Assembly: GCA_026936335.1 (NCBI GenBank)
Contig: JAPMXV010000042.1
Span: forward strand, 186,001 to 250,000
DNA: 64,000 bases
Reading direction: 5' to 3'
Origin: Mantamonas sphyraenae STR306
Taxonomy: Eukaryota > Protista > CRuMs
The first letter of the stretch is position 1; each line of letters starts with the position of its first letter. Positions 46,014 to 56,770 of the stretch are shown piece by piece. The notes under the pieces are model-generated. The model was not told the DNA's origin. It was given only the letters and a program-made list of their open reading frames with translations, and did not search any database. A program made the translations under genes and the position numbers.

Positions 46014-47492
46014 ATGCTCCTCCGAAGCTCCGCTCCTCTCTTGCTGCTGCTTCTGTGTCTCTTCTCGCTGGCTGTGGCCAACGACCATTGCCAGGTGCGC
46101 AACGACCAGGGCAACGTCGCCTACGACTTGTCCGCACTCAGTGCCGTGCCTCTGGTCACCAAGGATCCCCAAGGTGGCGAAGTTCTCTTTTCCGTCTGTG
46201 GGGCACCTCATCCACCTGGGCAGTGCACTGCTGACCAAGCCATTGCCTACCAACAGCGTACGTGCGGTGATTCCCCTGCGCCTTCCTTGGATCCAAGCCC
46301 CTCACACAAACGGTATCCCGCAGACGGCACCGAGTGCTTCAATCTTGGGAACAGCACCATGGGCACGTTGAAACCGGGGCCCAATGGCATCAACGCTGTA
46401 TACACCGGCGGCGACGTCTGTGCCAACGGCAAGCAGCGCGAGTTCCATCTGCAGATTCTGTGCGACCCTTCGGGTGATGCAGGCGCGGCCACTGTGCTTT
46501 CTGTAGTCGATGAGCAGCCCGTGTGCACCTACCACGTTTCCTTGTCCACTGTCCATGCCTGTCCCAATCCGCAGCCTGACTCTTGTGTCACTGGGATGCC
46601 AGCGGAAAACGATACGATCTTTCAGCCCTGCGCGGCCGCGTTTACAACGCACCCACAGGCGAAGACCATGGCTTTGTTGGGTTTACCCTTTGCAAAGCCA
46701 TCGAGCCGACACCCACCGTGTGCGCCAAGGCTACTGGCACCAAGACCATGCAAGCGTACAGCACAGTGCGTATCAACGTGTGTTTGTTCGTCCCCCAATC
46801 TCGGCCTATTCTCTCACACCCACCCACCGTCTCTCTCTTGTGCTCTCACAGACCGACACGAACTTTGCACGGTGCTCACTGACTTCCGTCGCGAGAGCTG
46901 GCAGGAGGGCGCCGGTTCGCTGACGCTCGCCTACGCGTCCGCGTCCATGGACGCAGGCGTCGATGTCCACCTTGTGTGCGACCCGTCTGTGGACGCCAAA
47001 GTGGTGGGACAGGCCGACAGCTTTGCCACCAACTTCTATGACGTCACTCTTGCCACCAAGCATGCCTGCGCCGCTAATTTGTGCTCCGTCACCACTCCTT
47101 CGGGTGCACATCTGGATTTCAGCCCGATTGCAGGCGTGGCACTCAATGTCTCGGACCAGTATGGCAACGACTACATCTTCACAGTGTGCGACAACGTCGT
47201 TTCCCGCCCTTCCACCTGCAACATCGACGCTCAGTCTTTCCAGATGAACCCCAACGGATTCTGCATCCCCACAGGGCTCGCTTCTCAGCCCAGCTGGAAT
47301 GCCACTGACACTGCAGTGACCGTTACCTACGGAGGAGGCGCAGTATGCGGCGTTAAGCCGCGCTCCTTTTCCATCGAGTTTTCCTGCGACCCCAACAATG
47401 AGTTCACCCCGGTGGGCCACGTGGTCGAATCTCCTGTTGGCTCATGCCAGTATCACGTCAAGGCAACGAGCAAGTACGCATGCACGGAATGA
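46014..47492 (+). CDS. Secreted protein with three mannose-6-phosphate-receptor-homology (MRH) domains; apparent frameshift near 46585
   Basis: Signal peptide; C...YDLSAL...FSVC...YTGGDVC...CDP...CTYHVSLSTVHAC, a second unit CHWDASGKRYDLSAL in another frame, and a third ending CQYHVKATSKYAC; no TM segment. Confidence 0.8.
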   Translation: MLLRSSAPLLLLLLCLFSLAVANDHCQVRNDQGNVAYDLSALSAVPLVTKDPQGGEVLFSVCGAPHPPGQCTADQAIAYQQRTCGDSPAPSLDPSPSHKRYPADGTECFNLGNSTMGTLKPGPNGINAVYTGGDVCANGKQREFHLQILCDPSGDAGAATVLSVVDEQPVCTYHVSLSTVHACPNPQPDSCVTGMPAENDTIFQPCAAAFTTHPQAKTMALLGLPFAKPSSRHPPCAPRLLAPRPCKRTAQCVSTCVCSSPNLGLFSHTHPPSLSCALTDRHELCTVLTDFRRESWQEGAGSLTLAYASASMDAGVDVHLVCDPSVDAKVVGQADSFATNFYDVTLATKHACAANLCSVTTPSGAHLDFSPIAGVALNVSDQYGNDYIFTVCDNVVSRPSTCNIDAQSFQMNPNGFCIPTGLASQPSWNATDTAVTVTYGGGAVCGVKPRSFSIEFSCDPNNEFTPVGHVVESPVGSCQYHVKATSKYACTE

Positions 47493-47517
47493 TCGAGGCA
47501 TGTGATTCATCGGTCAG

Positions 47518-47608
47518 TCATCTGAAAATCAACGACCCCGTCCCCCCTCCACTGTGCACGGATTGAAGTCAATTTCATCGAATCTCATCTGAAAATCAAC
47601 GACCCCGT
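47518..47608. repeat. Short duplication of the spastizin stop-codon region
   Basis: TCATCTGAAAATCAACGACCCCGT at 47518-47541 and 47585-47608. Confidence 0.9.
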
Positions 47609-50600
47609 TCCCCCTCCTCCACTGCTACTTCCCACCCCCCCACCGCCTCCACCCCCATCTCCTCCTCCTCCACTCATCCCGCTGTTCTGCTCAATAAACT
47701 TTTGGCAAAAGTCGGCCACCTTGCTGCCAACCTTTTCTGCCTCCTCCTTCACCAGCATCACATCGGCCAAGTTGCGTGTCTTGACCGCAATCAAATACGC
47801 CGCTTTCAGCTTCCGGCAGGCCAGACACGCCTTGACCTTCATCCTGTCCGAGTTGAGCTTGGTCACAAGCTTCTCCGCCGTTTTCCCGTCGTTCAGCTCG
47901 TTCGCGTACACTTCGATCGCACCTGTCAGCAGGATTTCGTCCCAGTCGCGGTCACTCACTGTCGTCTTGACCTCATCCATCAGTGCGTTCAGCTTGCTTG
48001 TCTGCTTGCGACGCACAAGGTCTTTCAGTGCGTTGACATAGATCGTTGTCACCGGCAGCCTAAAGTCCTGCACCACACGGTACGCCAGGTCAAAGTTGCT
48101 CAGAAGCAACAGTTGCTGCGCCACTGCACACTTCACCTTGTCGTTCGCAAACAGACTTGCCTGGTAAAAGTCCACCGCCCGCTGCTCGTGGAAAAAGTCC
48201 GACACCTCCATCTCCAGGTTCACTGTGCGAATGTACTTGCTGATGTCGGCGTCTGACAGCAACGTCGTGGCCATGGCTCCACCCTGCCCGCGTGTTGACG
48301 TCTGGTGCACCATCCCTTCCAGCAGGTGCTTGCGCGAGTTTTCCAGATATGTCCGTCGCTGATCGTAGTCCGTGATGTTCAGGTACAGCTTGATGCACGT
48401 CAGACCAGCGCGCACATAGTCCCGCATTGCGCACTGCACCTGGTACAACACGTCAAAGTACTTGGACGCGTTCAGGAAACGGCACACCGCAAGCAGGTAG
48501 TGCTGCACACTGCCCAGCGTGCTGTCCACCTCCCGCAGTGCGTCCAGCATCGTGTCCACCAGCGACCGGCTCAGACAAAACTCCAGGATTTCGTCCACAA
48601 ACAGACTTGCCGCAAGACCATTGTCCACCACACGCCGCACAGCCTCGCCCACTCGCCAGTGTCGCGTCAGGAATGCAACCTGCATACGGTACGTACCGTA
48701 CGTCTCCAAGTAGTACAGGCACTCCCGTGTTCGCACCTCATCCAAGTTGCTCCTTGGTTCCCGCTGCACTGTCGCCACAACGCTTGTGGACGAGCCGTTG
48801 TCCATCTTCTTTGTGCCAAACACGTGCAGCGCCTTCAGGAACGACTCTTGCGAAAAGTCGTCGTCCGAATCGCTGTCCTCTTCCACCACCGTCGTGTCTC
48901 GCTTCAGATACACCTGCCGTGCCAGCGCTTCGTACTGCTGCTTCACATGCTCCAGCGTTGTCGGCCGCCTGTACTCCAGCGTGTTGACAATCTCCACCAG
49001 CGTACGAGACGTGCTCTCCATACTTGCCGACTTGATCGACCCCATCCTGTCCTGCATTCGAGCAGAGTATGCACTTGCACGCATCGCCACAGACGACGAC
49101 GAGGAGGAGGACGAAGACGAGGACGAGGACGACGATGACGACGCTGTGTGCATCCCTTGTCCTCCGTAGTCGCTGTTGTTCGACTTGTGCGATGACACAC
49201 TGTCCAGCGAGCCCGAACGCTCCCTTCGCGGGCGCCCGTCCTCCCTCAGCTCCTCCGCTGCCTCCAGAGGCGTCAGACAGTACCGAAACTTCTCGCGTGC
49301 CTCTTCATACTTGCCCGAAGACAACAAGGCAAAGCCCCAGTGCGACCACACGGGCTCCGAGTCGATGCCACACTTGGTGGCCACCTCCACAGCGATCTCA
49401 AATTCTTCGTGCCGGATCAGCTGGTCACGCACAATGCGTGCTCGGTTGGGGTTGCTAAAATCCGACAGCGTCACCGAGATGTGCGTGCTTGCACTTGCAT
49501 TCAGAAGCTCCTGCCACAGCTCCACATAGGACAGGTACGTGTCGCAGATGGACACGCCTCCGTTGCCATACTCCAGGTCCTTCATGAATTGCATCTTGCC
49601 GTACAGCAGCAGTTGCTGCACCATGTTGATGATCAAAAACTCGTCCGCACTGTCCTCAGCCTGCAGTCGCTGCGACAGTGTGTCGCACAGCTGCAAACAC
49701 GCCTGCCCCGCCTGGTATGGTTTGCACAGATCCAAGAACGCCTGTGCAAGGTCAATGCTTGGTGCCTCGTGGAATTGGTGCATCTGGCGCAAGTTGTCAT
49801 CTGCGTCCTCGTTGCCCGTGAGCACCACGTAAAAGATGTCCTCCGGCATGTTGCTTGCGAACCGCGCTGCCATTTCGTCAAACTCCTCCATGTCCGCTTG
49901 CAGGTTCGTCGTCAGACCTCGTTCATCGTCGCCATCCTCTGCGACACCTCGTCGTCGCAGTCTGTCCATGATCTTGCTGCTGCGTCGCTTGCTCGGCGTT
50001 CCCTCTCCTCCTCGCTCGTGCCCTGCCGTCGTGTCCGAAAACGACACAGACGGCAGCGACGACGTCGACGACATCCCTGCACCTGGCCCACTTCCCGTAT
50101 TCCCACTTGCCAGGCTCGAGCCGTATCCCGCGCCAAGCTCGCCAAACGCTGTGGTCGCATTGCGTTGGCTGCTGCGTGTGTTGCCGTTTGCCAGGGACGA
50201 CGACCCTGTGCCTGTGCCTGCGCCTGCAAATGCGCCATTGTTGCTTTGCGACAAACTCAGAAGATCGGTGGCGTTCAGAGCGCCGGCCTTGGGAAACTCG
50301 ATGGCCTTTTGGGCAAACTCAATGCACAGCCTGTCGTTGCGTAGTTGTGGCAGAGCCACAAGCAGCTGTGCAACCACAGCCGCCTGTTTGGTCATCAAAA
50401 GGTTTTCCACAAGCACGTGCGGCTTGGCCATCAGGTGATCCAGCCGTTCCTGGTACTCGGGCGGCAGACGCACAAGCACCTGCAAACCCAGCTCCACCTC
50501 GCGCAGCTCCGCCTCGTCCTCTTTGCTCACGTGCTCCATTAGGTTGGACAACATGAACTGCACCAGGAACAGCTTGGATGTGTCCGACACACTCGAGCTC

Positions 50601-53600
50601 AGCATCGCTTTGCAAATCGCCACACTCTGTCCGTCCAGCTCCACAAGCCTCTGAACAGCCATGGCCGAGTCGTGGTGGATCGAAAGTACATCCGTGATGT
50701 ACCGTTGCTCAATCAGCATATTCAGGTCCTGGCCTTCGCGCGGGAAAAACGCCACAATCTTGCGCGCCAGAGCATACTCGCCCATTTCAACCAGATGCCT
50801 GACAATCTCCTCTGCCCTGCGCATGCACGCCTTCTCAATAAGCTGCCACGTGGCCCACCGTGTGGTCACTTCCATGATGCGTGCGTACAGGCGGCTCAGC
50901 TCGAGGCGCCGTTCTACCTCTTCGTACGTCTCGGTGTTGCTGTGCTCCCTTGCCAGCTGGCTGCGGCACATGCTCAACAAGTCGATGCATCGATCTACGC
51001 TGTAGTACTGGTGGCACTGCAACACAACCTTGGCCGCCACCAGCGGGTTCTCCTTCAGTCTCCGCGCGTACCGCCATGTCTTGCTCTTGCTGCCCGGGTA
51101 CTCACGAATCACACGCACCAGCAGCGAGTCTGGAGCTCCATGTGACAGTTTCGAGTCGGCCAATTCAAACGCTTGCTGCACCTCCCCCATGCTCGCCAGT
51201 TTGCTGACCACTCGCTTGTAGAACTCCTCCTCCTTTGCGTACTCCTGCTGGTTGAGCAAGTCGAAGCACTCCTCTTGTTCTGCTGTCAGAGGTTCCAATG
51301 GCCCACTTGTCCCGCCGCCTCCTCCACTGCCTGCATCCCCTCCGTCGCTTCCTCTCCATCGCGCCTCGCGTTCCATATCCTCCACCTCCCTTGTCTCCCT
51401 TGTCTCGCCGCTCCCGTCCTCCTCAGACAGATCCTTGTCCGCCCACGGATTGATGACCGTGTTTTCCTCTTCGCGCAGGTTCTCCAGACTGCTGCGCTTC
51501 TTGAATCTCTTTGTCAGCGAGCTCAGCCTGCTCTTTGCAGTCGGCGTGCTGCCGAGCAGCGCGGGCTCATCCTCGCCCAGCAGCGGCCCCTCGTCTTCAT
51601 CCTCCTCTCCATCCTGGCCGGCTTCACGTCGCGACCCGTTCTCCTCCTCAAATCCCACCTCAAAGGGTCCGTTCTCCACCGAGTCCGACGTGCCGGCACG
51701 CTCTCCCTTGCGCTTGCCATACCTGGGTCGGTCCTCGTTGTCGCTTTGGCTGCCTGCATCTCCCTCGCTGTTCCCTTCGTCAAACAGCGTCCGGTGCACC
51801 GCCCGTTTGGCCATTTTCTGGGCCATCGATCGCCTGGGCATCGCATCGCCTCCAGCCATCGAAAGCAGGTCCTGCTGCTCCTCGTCTGCCTCCATGCCAC
51901 GTACACTCTGCCCAGGGTCGCCACTGGCATACTCCACTAGCTCGCCCACCGCACGCATAGCCGTCCGCCGCGACAGCTGCAAGAAGGATCCCGAGAACAG
52001 GTCAAAGTTGCGTGCCCTGTGCTTCACCCAGCGATGAAGCACAGGATACGCCTCCGAGTTGCGGCTGGCGAATTCAATCACCTCTTCGTTCAGGGCCGAG
52101 CCTGGGAAGCGCACTGTGCACGCGAGGGCAGCCAGCAGCGGCGAATACTTGTCCAGATACTCCACAATGTCCATGCTCAGCGTGTACTCCTGCGGCTGCT
52201 GCTGCTGTTGCGCAGAGGGCGATGAGGCGCTCGCCAACAGTCCACCACCTCCCTGCGGTGTCGAGGCTGACATGGGCCGTGGCGATGAGGCGTCACCATG
52301 CAGCGACAGCGGCGTGACGGGGGAAAAGCCCCCGTCCAGGCTTGCCACACCCATCTGCTTCTGTGGCGTCTGTGCCAACGAGGACGGGAATGGACTGGCC
52401 GGAATGGCCGTGCTTAGGATGATCGACACCAGGTCCACGTCCATCAGCGCTGCCAGGCTCTCTGCCTGCTGGTACGACTTTCGCTCAAACACAAGCTGGT
52501 TCAAGATGTCTCTGGGCGACTGTTGCAGCGCGCCAAAGTAGTCAATCTTCTGTCGGCTTGCACCTGCGCCAGCCAGCACACCTCCATCGTCACCCTCGCC
52601 TTCTGCCGCGCTGCGCTGCTCCTCCAGAATGTTTCCCATGGACAACAGGTAGCGCAAAAAGTGTGCCATGTACGCTTCCTTGGACACGCCCGTCCAGAAC
52701 GATGCAAAGCCCGTCACGTTGCCTGTGATCATGGTGCGCGTGCTCAGCGCTGTCGATCCGGCCTCGCTGGGCGCCATTTCGCTGCCTACACCGCCTGTCC
52801 GCCACCCACGGACACTTCATCCCACTCGTCCACCGAGCTGAGCTCGCCTCGCAGTGGACGAGTCTGGTACGTGCGGCGAAAGTTGCTAAACTCTGCAATG
52901 AGATCGCGCAGCTGCATCTCCGTCACAAGGGAGCCCATGACGTCGGTCAACTTCACCAGCGCCTCTTTCATCAGCTGGCGGCTGCGTAGGAAGCTCTGCA
53001 ACTCTGTGTAGTCGCTGGGCACGGTTTCGATGCGTGACAACACCTGTGGCAGCGGCTGTTCTGCATCTTCCAGCAATAGTTCCCAGCAGCGCATCAGCGA
53101 CTCGAAATACTCGTGCACTGTCGCTTGCATGTCTGTGCTGGTGCCTCCTTCTTGGCTCTGTCCGTCACGCTCGTCGTTGGCGTTGCGCCCTCCCGCATTT
53201 CTCGATGCCTGCTGGGCGCGAAGTCTCTCTTCTGTCAGTTGTTCCACTCGCACAGAGTACAGTACGTCGTCCAGTTGCTCCAGATACTCGTGTGCACGCT
53301 CCAGTTGTGCGCCGACCTCCTTGCGGTCCTGTTCGTCGCCCTGGCTGGGAGCGGCAGCGTACAGCATGTCCACGCACACACAAAACGCCTTGACGAGATC
53401 GCGCTTCTCCAGCAACGCCACAGCTTGCAACGGTTGGTTCGACTCATTGTACTGTGCCAAGCTACGGTGCATCTCCTGGGCCACGTCCACCTTGGAGGCC
53501 AGCTCGCCCGATTCGATGCCGTAGAACTTGATAATTTCCTTGGCCCGTTGGTAGTCGTCGCTGCGCAAGCACATGTTGATCAACGTCTCGGGCGAAGACA

Positions 53601-56600
53601 GGATCTGGTTGATGACCACGCCGCTGTGCTCAAAGTCAGTGCGCACTTGCTCCACACTCACATCCTGCGCGCTCACCTTCCACTCCTTGGCCGCACGCCG
53701 CACAATTCCCAGCCTCCACCGTGTTTCGCGACACAGGGTACTCAGCGACTCCATGCGCATGCGCTGAGCCTCGTGGCTGTCAAGCGCAGACGTGTGCGGC
53801 GTGCTGCTTTCCAACAGGTCGCCCGACACACTCAGCTGCGATTGCACAAACTCGAGAATCTGCTCCACCTGGTCCGGGTGACATACAAACGTGGATGTCC
53901 ACCAATTATCATAGTTGGGGATGCTTTGGCCCAGCAACGCCATGCGTGTTGGCTGGCTACACTCAGGTTCCGCGCGGCCCTGGCTGTAGCCAGCGAGCGT
54001 ACTCTGACCGTGACCACCCGTCGCCATACCTTCTGCCATCGCGCCTGTGATTGGAGAGGCCCACGGAGCGAGCCCTCCTGCACTGATGGGCCCATTTGCT
54101 TGCTGTGACATGCTGGTCAATGTCCCGCTCGACATGGACGGGCCAGAGCTTGCCGCCACGGCACCGCTGGTACCAGCAGCCACGGGTGTCCCTGTAGTGG
54201 AGCCGCCTGTGATGGATGCGCCGTCGTCTCCCGTGCTGGCGCTGGAGACTTCGTCGCGTTCACGGTCGTGATTCCAATCCGACTCTCGCACAAAGATGAG
54301 CGATACCAGATTCTCGAGCATACCCAGGCGATAGTGTGCACTGTGAATGTCACGAAGTAGCGGGGAAATAGCATCGAGCGTGTCTGCAAGCGACTGCTCC
54401 TGGCTTTCCTGAACGCGCAAATGTTGAAGCACACTCTGGATCGCCTTGAAACTGCGGATGAGCATCAAATCTTGCTGGACCTGCGCATATGTCTCGTCCG
54501 AATCTATGGGCGAGCGAGAAACCAGCTCAACAAACGCATCGAGGTCGATCGAGGAGACGCAGCGGTGCATAATGTACAAAGGCGAGTGCGACTCGAGCAA
54601 GAAGAGGATCTTGCGGGCCAGGCTCTCGCGGGAGGGCTGCTTGCTGTACACGCCGCCTGCACCTCCTCCAGACGAGGTGAGGGGATCCACGAGCGACTGG
54701 CCGTGCAGGAGCAGCTGGTCTGCACACCACCAGCTCATATCCATCTGATGGGCTAGCCTGTCACAAGCAATGGCTAGCAGCGGTTCCTTGCACCTCTCTC
54801 GCACTTCGTGTGACCACATGCAGGCCAAAAGCTTCTCTCGCGCCTGGATCTGCGTCGCAAACTCGTCCCAACCCATCAGGAGCAGGATGGGACGCAGCTC
54901 AGAAAACGGCATTGTCAGCGACTCCAGCGCGGCAAAGTCCTGCAACTGCATCAAGTGCAATCCCCGTTCCAGAACAAACTCAAGAAAGTGGATGCCGTTC
55001 ACGCGCACAAACGGGAAGAAGTGCCTCCAGAAGTCCACGGTGAAGTGATCGAGCTCGTCCAGCTCCGCCTGACCATCGTCCTGTGCTTCCTCACTTGCAG
55101 ACGAAGCTGAAGCGGTGGAGCGTGTGCGCAACGCCTCTCGGTAACGACGAAATGCGTCCGGCAGCACGGAGCTGCGATTCAGTTTGCTAATCTGTTCGTC
55201 CTCAAGGTCGTTGAGAATGGAGACGAGAGACAGGTTGTTGGAGGCCACGAGAGCCTCGTAGAGATCCTGTTTCCAGGCGTCGGTGTGCGACGATGAAGAT
55301 GATGGGAGTGGTGTCTGCATGAGAGCGTCCTCCCCTGTTTCGAGTTCATGCTGGCGTCGCAGCTCACGAAGGACCTGCTCCAGCAGCTGAGACAGCTTAA
55401 GTTCTGCGGCCATGTGCTGATCCACATGCGTGAGATACTGGAGCAGAGTGAGGAGAGGTAGGCGGTCGCTGTGCGAGCCCAGCAGCTGCTGCAGGCACTG
55501 AGTGTACAAAGCCTGCAGATCCAAGTTGCAGGCAGTAGCAGCAGCTGTGTTCGATTGTCGTCTTCAAATTCCAACAGTTGCTGGATGATGGCGTGCCCTA
55601 ACGGGGGAAGACGAAGAAGCACGGTTCGCAGCTGAGAAAGGGTGTCGGCAGACAGATCGGCGCGCTCCGGTCGTCTCCTGGCAAGGCGCGGGTCAGCCAA
55701 CCTCTCTGAGTACGCATCCTCCATGCTCTCTTGGCGTGCGAGACGCCCGTGTTTGGAAGTGCCAGTGTGGGCGTCGCCAGAGCCTCCTGCAGATGTGGTC
55801 GCGCCAACGCTGCCGGTGACGGACGACACCGCGCCCGAACCTGCCGCAGAACCAGACGCAGCGCCGGAACCAATGGCGTTGATGAAAGAGCTGCTAAGGG
55901 AGGAGCCTGTGCGTGAGGAGGTGCTGTAGGACGAGGAGGAGGCCGAATCGCTTGAACCGGCTTCATCCTGCGAGGGCATCCACGTCGCCAGGACCTTGTT
56001 GCTTTCGTCCAAATGCCGCGCAAGACTTTCTGTTGGGTTGACAAAGGCGTAGAGGGTACGGACTTGCTGCAGGGCGTCCTCGTCGAACGCAGACTCGTCA
56101 AAGCGTTCGCGGTAGACCCAGGCGACGCTCTCCAACAGCACGTTGAATTCCAGATGGTGCACGAGGGCGTCGTGCATGCGCAGCATACGGCTCGAGTCTT
56201 CCTCAACGAGAGACTGGAGGGACGTGTGAGCGTGAGTGGCGCCAGTTTGGCTGGGAACAACGAACCGGGATCGGGAGGGCAGAACGTACGCTTGTGGCAA
56301 AGTCTTCGTACTCAGCCAGACACAGCCATAACAGGTGTGCTGCAGAGGGCACTGTGCCAGATGTCATCCTGAGACGCGGGTGAGGGAAATACGGGAGTGA
56401 GGCATGCGGGGAAAAGCGCGGACGGTGGGCAGAGTGTCAGCGTCTGTGTCCACGCGTGGCCCCGTTGACGACGACATCCGTGGGCGCAAGGGTAGGACGC
56501 AAGAGGGGCTACGGCCATCACGAACCAATGTTTGGGAGGCCCTCCATAGATGAGTGTGCGCAGCATGGCCATGATGTGTCCGCGTGCCTCGTACGAGGGT

Positions 56601-56770
56601 GAGTCTGCGTTCCAGAGCTGGTGAATGGTCGCCCGGGCGAGTTCAAAGTGGCCCAGGGCAAGCTGGTTGCACATCAGCGTAAACAGCTCCTGCTGGTCGT
56701 GTTCTACCAGAAAGCCAAAGACGGAAGCCGGGTCTGCCTGCGCCTGCCGATGCAACTCGCCGGCCAGCAT
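47585..56770 (-). CDS. ZFYVE26: Spastizin (ZFYVE26/SPG15)-like, about 2900 aa, no FYVE domain visible; two apparent frameshifts
   Basis: N-terminal ELFTLMCNQLALGHFELARA, VPSAAHLLWLC; C-terminal HEAPSIDLAQAFLDLC, RDQLIRHEEFEIAVEVATKCGID, ECLYYLETYG, MRDYVRAGLTCI, CRKLKAAYLIAVK; two 5' introns; frame breaks near 55548 and 52813. Confidence 0.88.

Noticed and set aside
52777-52790. Stop-codon readthrough or alternative genetic code joining the spastizin ORFs
   Set aside because: The ORFs are in different frames, and all three stop codons terminate other genes normally.
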